A DNA stretch of 33,834 bases from a virus (lineage: Duplodnaviria; Caudoviricetes). Made by a program: the position numbers and the translations under genes. Below, piece after piece: positions 15,638 through 24,600 of the stretch. Under the pieces are notes generated by a model. It saw only the letters and a list, made by a program, of their open reading frames with translations, had not been told where the DNA came from and ran no database searches. The stretch spans positions 1 through 33,834 of IMG/VR virus record IMGVR_UViG_3300042545_001008, one strand, 5' to 3'. Numbering within the stretch: position 1 is the first letter of the stretch; every line of letters begins with the position of its first letter.

Positions 15638-18600
15638 TCAGCGTTTCCCGTTCAGCATCGCCTTGCGCATCTCGCGCTTGTAATCGCCCTCCTCGCCATG
15701 CACGGCGCGCTCGTAGCCGGCCTTGTCCACGGGCTTGATATTTACGAGCCCGTAGCCGAGCAGCGTCTTCCAGCGCGGGAGCCGGCGGTCATCCGCGGGA
15801 TCCACAAAGGTCGCCGTCGGTTTCCCGTCCTTGTTCACGCCAAAATTCGTCGCGTTCGTGTGCCCCTTGGCCTGCACCTGCGCGAGTTCTTCCACGGCGT
15901 TGTCGAGCAGCTTGGTCTTGATTTTCCCCGCGGGCGGAAGCGTCTTCGAGGCGAACGGCAGGCGGCTCTTGACACCCTCCATCACGCCGGGGTCATACCC
16001 CAGCTTCTCGTTCGGCGTCAGCCGGCGCTGTTGCGGGTCCACCAAGTCCCGCACCATCGAGAGCATCGGTTGCGGCGCCACGCGCGCCAGCGCGAAATCC
16101 GTCGCCATCCCGCCGAGCGTCGTGCTCACGGACTGACTCCCCGTGTACTTGCTTTCGTTCCCGCGGACCTTGTTCACCACCGTCAGCAGGATGCCCTCGC
16201 TCACCAGGTCGCCCGCAAACTCCCGCCACATGTTCGCAGCCTCCGTTTGCAGCCCGCGGGCGTGCGCCTTGTCCGCGCCCAGCGCATCCAGCGACGTGGC
16301 CGTGGCGAGCAGCACGGATGCGTAAGGAATCTGCCGCGTGCGCAGCCAGTAGGAGTCCCCGTCCTTCTGTTCGCCAAACATCCTCGCCAGCGCCCGTGTC
16401 GCCGTACCGAGCACCGGAATGTCGGAAATGTCCATCCGGCTCGAAGTGTCGAATGCCCGGTCCATCCGCTTGCCCGCCTGGTCAAAGCTACGCCCCAGCC
16501 GGTCCACCCGGTCCTTGTCATCGTCTCCGCCGCCGCGCCCGAGGTGCAGAATCGCGTATGCGGCCGCCTGCATCAGCGTAAACGTCCCGAGGTTCGCGAT
16601 GGAATGCGCCAGCTTGGGATTCATCTCCGGCACTCCGCGCTCCTCCGCCGCGGCCTTCATCCGCTTCCCGGCCTCGGTGCCCGCGAGGAACGGTGCCGAC
16701 GCCAGCTTCGCGCCGAGCCACGTCACCACGTCCGCCGAGCCGCCGCCGAGCCAGCGTTTCGTGTTCCGCATGTAGTTGTAGGCCCATCGGAAATACGGCA
16801 GCACCAGGTTGCGCCCCACGTTCACCACAGGCGTCATGTCCACCGTGCCCACGGCGAAACGGTGCCCAGGGTCGAGCCACCACGGAACGTTGTCGTAATC
16901 CATCGCGTATGCCAGCCCGACCGCGCGCGCCTGCACCATCAGGTCATCCGGCTGCTTGGCGAGCCACGACTGCATCCACTGCATCCGCTGCTTGCGGTTC
17001 GCAAACTTGAATCCTTGTTTCTCCGCATCCTCCGCCGCCACCTCCGCGTGCGCGATGAGGCTGGCAAATTGGAGTTGCTGCTTCGCCCGCGGGTCCATCT
17101 CGCCGAAGCGCGTGAGCTTCAGCAGCGCCGCCGGCACGTTCGCCTGTTTCAGATGCTCCCATGCCGTCATCTTCGCTTCCGTCATGGACTGCGCCGCTCC
17201 CGCAATCTGCGAGTTCCCTTCCGAGTATTCCATCGGGGCCACGGCATCCATCATCCGCCGACGCGCCGGAATGAACCAGCGGTTCGTCACGATGCCCTTG
17301 GTAAGATTCCACGCCTCCGAGGCCGACACCCGCGCCGCCTGCGGGTCCGCCTTGCGCAACAGGAGCGACACCTGCGCCTGTTGAATCAGCCGCATCCCCT
17401 TGAACACTTCGTTGCCGACGAAATTCATGAACGCCGTTGAGGGCCGCACGAGGAACGCCGCCACCGCGGAGCGAGTCATCGAGGCGAAGAACCGCATGAT
17501 GGCACTGCCCGATTGCGTCGCCGCCATCGGTCGCACCAGCGCCGCGAACACTTCCTTGCGCATCATCTTGTTGCCCGTCAGATCCTGCCACGCCTTGCCG
17601 CACAGCTTGCGGAGCGCGTCCATGTCCTGCGTCGCCACGGCATTCGTCCACTTCACCAGTTGCTCCTTGCTCATCCCCATCGCCGCGCCATACGCCTGCG
17701 CGAGCTGCGGCAGCGCGTGCGTGTTCACCGCCATCCAGCCCGAGGGCACGCCGCCGACCGCGGGAATGTCCTTCACCGCCAGCGGAATCAGCCGCTCGGC
17801 CATCTCGCGCCGCGACCGCTCCGCGTGCGCTTCCATCGCGCGGATGGCGAAGCCCTCGAAAAGATTCTTCACCTCGCCCGTCTCGCGCGCCTGGCCGCTC
17901 TTGTATTCGCGCGCGCCGCTCTTGAAATTCTTGTTCAGCAGGTTCGTCACCCCCTGCCCGATCATGCCGGCGAGACTGCGCGTGCGCTGGATCTCCGGCA
18001 CGTAGCCCTCCACCGCGTCCAGTTCCCCGTGCGGTGACACTTCCCCGAAGAACTTCCGCAGCGCGTGCCGGTTGAACTCCGGCAGCACCGTCCCGCGGGA
18101 ATCCGTCACCCTGGCGTCCGCCATGTCCGGCGAGATCCAGAGCGTGAGGTAATGCCCCGCGCCGTTGAACCGCTCCATAAACGTGTCGTAAATCTTCTGC
18201 TGACGCTCCGGCGAAAGCTCGCGGAGGAGCTGATACCCGCCCGCGTCCTCGATGTAGTTCCCCACCTTCAGGAACTCCGTGCCGCGCTCCAGCCATTGCC
18301 CGGTGGTCACGCCCGAGGCTTCCGCCTGGTTCTTGAAGATGATGCCCGCGCGCTGGTCGAAGGTCGAGAACGTCGGATTGCCGTCCACATCCACGCCCGT
18401 CGCATTCAGCCGCGAAGCCGTCGGCAGCAATTCCGCCGCGAACTGCTTGAACAGCGCCTTGCCCTTGCCGCCATGCACCGCGTCGAGCCCGGCCCGCGCA
18501 TCCGCCAGCATCCGCTCCATCATCTCGCGCGTCGCCGCCGCCGCCTTCGCCGCGCGAATCTCGCCGGCATCCACCGCATCCTTCGTCCCCGGCGCACCGC

Positions 18601-21600
18601 GCTCCATCGCATCCTTCCATCCTTTGAAAAGGAACGAGTAAATGTCGCCCATCACCGACAGCTTCTCACCCGGCATCATCGTCCCGCCCGGCGTCGGCGG
18701 ATCCAGCTTCTTCAGCGTCGCCTCGCGTTCCCGCGCAATCTGAGCCTGGTCCAGCGCCGACTCCACCAGCACCCCGCCCACACTCATCCCCTGCCCCGCG
18801 CCCAGCGAGGAAGCTTCCGCGTGCTTGGCAAAGAGCGCACTCCCCTGCGTCCGCTGCTGCGTCTTGAGGGCTTCGGGGATGGCGAGGGAATGGACGGAAA
18901 CTGTTCCCTCGGGAACATTGCGGCGCTCGCGCATGTAGCGTTCATTGTTTTCCTGCGAACCGCGGAGACTATTGCGCGTCAGAAAAGCCTGGTAAGATTC
19001 GGTGGTGAATGAGTCCTTGTCAGGAATCTCCGCCCTCCCCGCCTTCACCCCAAACTTCTTCGCCAGATCGTTCGCGATGGACGGGAGCATCTGGTCATAG
19101 ACGCGCTTCAAGCCTTCGCCGCCGACTTTGAGATCGCCTCCCGAGAGTCGTTTCAGTTCGGCCACGCCTGAACCTTCGCCCGCCACGATCTTCGCGGTCA
19201 GTTCCTTGCCGACAATCTCCGCAAGTTGGTCGGCGGTCTGATTCTGCTTTGCCATCACGCTGCGCCCGTCGCGCTCCACGTCAATGTTGTAAGTCCCCGG
19301 AGTGAATCCTGGGCTGTGAAACACGGCATCCACCTGCTTGCTCAGGTCATACCGCTCCGCCTGCTGCTCGCCAGTCGTCCAGGCAATCGCGTCCGCGCCC
19401 TCGTCCACGGCATCGCGCAGCGCCCGCTTCATGCCGATCTCGTAGATGCGCTTGCGCAGCTCCGGCGGCATCTTCTCCTGCTCGCCCTTCCCCGGCCCCT
19501 GCATCTCCTCGATGAAGTAGGTCCGCCGCCCCTCCGCGTCCGTGCGAATGTTGCGCCGGAAGCGGACGATGGGATTTGCGATGTCCGAGTATTGCGAGTG
19601 GCCGTCGCGCCAGTTCTTCCCGAGTCCTGCATCGAACTTCGCAACCTGCGCGCGATAAGTCGGAAACTCTCTATGCAGTTCGTCCCTTAGCTCGGTTGGA
19701 TTCCACGTCCCGCTGTAAAGGTGGTTATTGAGTTCCACGTCCCGCTGCGCTGGCGTGACGCTGCCGTGAATCATTGCAAGTTCGTCGTCGAACGCTGCTG
19801 CCAGCTTCGGGTTTTTACGCTCCAACTCGGCAAAGGTGACGTGCTCAATCGCGGGCGCGGTCTGCTTCGGCCACGTCACAAACATCTCCCGATAGCTCCC
19901 CTCGTCCGCGCCGGGGAGTTGGTATTGCGAGAAGTGCGGACTCGCTTCATCTTTTGAAAGAGCATCTTCCCGCGCCACCTCCTTCGTAGTCATATCTCGC
20001 CGCCAATTTGAGCGCCCGTATTTCGCGATCATTTCTGAACGAAAATCGGTCAGCGATTGCAGCACCACATCCTGCACCGTCGCCTGCCGTTGCAGCGCGT
20101 AGCCCGTCAGTTCCGCCTTCGTCACCTTCTCGCCCGGATGCTTTCCAGCCAGCGGGGAAAGCGGATCCTCTAGGATGCCGCTCCGCGCGATCTCATCCTT
20201 CTTCGCGCCTTTCTCAATCGCCGCCCGCGCCTGCTGCACCGTCATCGTCTCCTGAGGCAAAGCCTGCACCGTCCTGGTAAGCGCGGAGTAGAACGCCGGC
20301 ACCGGATCCACCGGCTTCGCCAGCAGCACCCCATCCGAGTCCACGCCCTTGAAGCCGGCGCGCTGCATGATGGCCTTCACCGCGGCCCGCGCCGTCTGCG
20401 CCACCTTGCTGATGGCCTGCTTGCTCACGCCCTTCTCCTCCGCGATGTCCTCCATCGTCCGCCCTTCCATGAGCCCGAAAAGAATGCTGCGCGGATACTC
20501 CGGCAGCTTCGCAATCGCCGCCTGCATCCCCTCGCGCGTCTCCCGGTCCTCGATCGGGCGAGTCACCTCGTCCGCCCCGTTCCGGCTCACGTTGTCCTTC
20601 CAGGTCTCCCCTGTCTCCGCGTCTAAGGTGGCCACCTCCGCCCGCGCCTGCGCGCCTTCGCCCGTGAACATCGAATTGAGCGAATTGCGGATCGCCCGCG
20701 CCGCATAGTTCCCAAACGGCCCCTTGTCCGGCTGCCACCCGCGCGCCGCCTTCACCAGCGCCAGCCGCGCCTCGCTCACCACATCCTCCATCGGAGCCGT
20801 CACATTCGAGTAACCCCGCGCAATGCTCACCGCCAGCCCAAGATTGTCCTGCACCAGTGCGGTGAGGTTGAGAGACGCCGTGCGCAGCCGTCGGCCGTCC
20901 GCTCCGTTCCACTCTGCAAGAGCCGACGCGCCGTCACGCTGCCCGGCGCCGGATTTGGCGAGCAGCGCGCCACTCTGCCGGTCATCCTTTGCCACCGGCT
21001 CGCCGTTCTTGTGCGTGATCTGGATCTTCGCCTCGTCGAAGATGACGTAGTTGTAGGTGCGGCCATTCCGTAATTCCTCAACATGCCTTTCCGCCGCCGC
21101 TTTTGAATCAAACGAGCCGAGCCCGGTGTTGTTCTTCCGATCCAAAGCCACCCACGATCCCGATGCGCCCGACACGATCTGAATATCATCACTCACCGCA
21201 GGAATGCCCCTACTCCCATGGTCGAGAAATCGAATGCCGGGGATGCCGAGAGAGGCGAGCTTGGCGGATGCGGCCTGAAAGTCGTTGTAACCGCCGCGCA
21301 GACCGTCTGATGGTCGAACGCCAGACCGTGCTGCAAGACGGTTATAAAACCCCGCGCCGGTTCGCGGCTTGTTGTAATGGCTTACCCCGTCCGCTTCCAG
21401 CACTGGCCCGTCAGTCAATGGAACGGATTGCAACGTCCTCCGCACCTTCCCACTCTGCTCACTCAGCGGCTTGTCCCAATCCAGCAGTTCATCCGGCTCC
21501 ACGTCGAGCGAGACGGTGTAGGTGTTGCCGACCGCCTCCGACTTGTCCAGTTCTTGCAACAGTGGAGCGGGCACCTCTGAGCGCATCTGTTGCGCCAGTC

Positions 21601-24600
21601 CGCCCCCGCCTTTCACGAAGCTCGCCAGCGACTCCACATCCATCCCATGCACCCGTCCGATCACCGCCTCCCGGCCGTAGTGCTCGCTGAACATCCGCCG
21701 GGCCTCATCCGTCGGGCGAAACCGCTTCAGGTCACTGCGTCCCGCATGGCGGTAGGACTGTGCCACTTCGGGATTCTCCGCGAAGTAAAGCCCCCACCCG
21801 TACGCCTGCGCGCCCTCGCCGGTGCCAATCTTCTCCAGCCTGAAATTGTCCACTTCATGCGGCGTCCCGTGGAACGCCACCTTCGCCAGCAGCACCCCGC
21901 CGCTCTCCTCCAGCGCCTCATGCAGCGCCGGGTTGCGCGCGGCCTCCATCACTCCGCTATGTGCAGCCGAGCCACCACTTGCGGTGATGGCATCGATCGG
22001 ACGCACCCATACGTCCTTCATCGCGGCCTTGAACTCATGGATCATCGTGGTTTCGCGTGCGGAAAACTGCGTGCTCCCCGGAGCGGCAGTCTTCGCGGGG
22101 AATGAAAGGATGGCACCGTAGGCCGCGCCGCCTGCCGCCTCGCGGGCGATCACGCCCATGTCCGCATCCACGGGATAGCGATGCGCAGCGATCAGCTTCA
22201 GCTTCGTGTCGAGGTGCAGGACGTGCAGGTGGTCCGGATCTGCGGTTTTCAGCGTCCGCATGATCGCAGCCGCCGTCGGGCCCTGCATCAGTTCGCGGCG
22301 CGTGTGCGCTGCCACTGCCTCCCAATCCGCGAGCGCCGGCCCGTCGGGCTTGTCCAGCTTCGGCAGCCGGTAGTCCTTATCACCAGGAAAGGCATTTGGA
22401 CGCTCGGACAGCTGTCCAGATTCGAGAAACGAAAAGAACCGCCCGCCGTTGGTAATGACGTGATCCAGAAGCGGTGTCCCGATGCGCCGCCCGGCTTCCA
22501 TCGCCTTGTCCGTCGCATTCAAATCGGCGTTACTCGGATCCGGGTCGCCGCTGGGATGATTGTGCGCGAGCACAAACCCGGAAATCGGCACGCCTGGATT
22601 CAGCCGGCGTGCTTCCTCGATGATGCCCGCAATCTCGCGCGGCGTCATCACCGTTTCATTCAGCGCGCCCACGGTCATGATCTGCGAGTGGATCACCTGC
22701 CGGTTGTTGTCCAGCACCGCGATCTTCGTGGACTCAAAGAACGGCGTGCGCTGCATCATGCAGAACGCCGCAAGGTCTGCCGGCGATTGAATCACCGCAC
22801 CCCGAATGTCGAACGTCGGGATTTTCCGGCTGACAAAATCCGAAAGGATGGACGACATCGGCACCCCGTCGGCGATGCCCTTGCGCACCGCCTCCGCGTC
22901 ACCGGTCGTCAGTCCATGATAAACGCCGGCCTGGGCTGCCCGCTGTCCTGCGAGGTTCCGATCCACTCCTCCGCCGGCTGATACTGCATCCGCTCCACGG
23001 GCGTAACCTTTCCCTTGCACGGCCTGTGCCTGCGCGATGGCCTTGATTGCTTCCGGTTGGAGGGCTTTCGGGACATCGGCATGGTCCAAATAACCCTGCA
23101 CCGCCCCCGGTGTCAATGCCGGTGCGCGGTCCCACAGGCCCAGCCCGGCCGTCGCAAAATCCCCGCCGAAATCCCCCTGCTTCGGGTCGTGCTTCGCCAG
23201 CAGCGCGCCGCCCTGCGGAACATGCTCGGCCACCCGGATGTCGATTGGCGTCAGCGTTCCGGTCGCTGGATTCTTCTTCCAATTCTTCGGCGAGGCGTCA
23301 GTGACAGCAAGCCCGTGCCCGACATAGACGCCGTGCGTCTTTTCAGATTTCTTCGGAAATCCCCTCGCCTTCATCCATGCGTCAATCTCCGCCTCGATAG
23401 GATTCGGGCCTTTGATGTATGGCTGGCTGATCACCAGTGCGAGCCGATGGCTTTCGGGATAAAAAGTGATGCCCTCCAATTTTTCACCCCCGCCGAAAAC
23501 GGCATCACTGAGTGCCATCCGCTCTAAATATTCGAGCGGGAATTGCGGCTTGTCGAGCGTCACCTTGCCGACACGATCCCCAAACTCCTTAAAGAAAACC
23601 CTGTGCTCTACCCCGCCGTCATCCTCCTTGCGACCGGCAAACTTCTGAGGCGGGATTACCCGCTTGTTTTTGACAGCCCACTCAATGAGTGCTCGTCGCT
23701 CTGCTTCGTCAGAAGGGAGGCTCTGTTCCTCTGCGATTCTTCCCGCATTTCCTGCAACGTGGGCGTAGGCATCCTGAGAAACTCCTCCCTCGCCTCGTGA
23801 AAGGTCAACAAGGGCTTGGCGGACTCTGGCTGCTGTTTCGCGCTCATGCCGTGACTCATACCCGCCTTTCCCCTCGCGGTCAACCTTCGCAAGCAAACTC
23901 CCTTGCATCTGCCCCGCAGCCTCGCGTTCCACAGGCTCACCGTTCCGGTGCGTGATGCGGATCTTGCCCTCGTCGAAGATGACGTAGTTGTAGGTCTGCG
24001 CGCCTTGCATTTCACGCAAGGTTCGCTCTGCAATCTCTTGCGTTGCATACGGTCCCGACTTGTAAAACTTCGCTGCCGTGACAATCACCCAACCATCGCC
24101 AGCCGCATCGGGTTGAACGCTCAATGCGCCTCCAGTAGCGCCGATTCCCCTGCTCCCCTGATCCAGATACCGGATGCCGGGGATGCCTGCTTTTTGCAGT
24201 TGAGTCGAGGCGTACCGGCGTGCGTCAACTTCCTCGTCATTAGAATCCTGCAAGGCGCGATAGGCGTCACTTCCAGGCTGCTCTATTTGCTTTTCACCTA
24301 CCGGCATTCCAAATGCCCGCGCAAGCGCACGCCGCACCTTCTCACTCTGCTCACTCAGCGGCTTGTCCCAGTCCAGCAGTTCATCCGGCTCCACGTCGAG
24401 CGTCACGGTGTAGGTGTTGCCAGCAGGCGCGCTCGATACGGGATTCGTGCGTTGAGAGGACACCAGATCATAGACCCGCTGGAAACGGTCCCGCTCCCGG
24501 CTCTTTGCTGCCGTTTGGCGCAACCATGAAGCCGCGGTGCGCTTTGCCGCAGCGATGTTTCCGCCATTGAGCGTGAACGCGATCGCGGCCTGCGCCTCGA

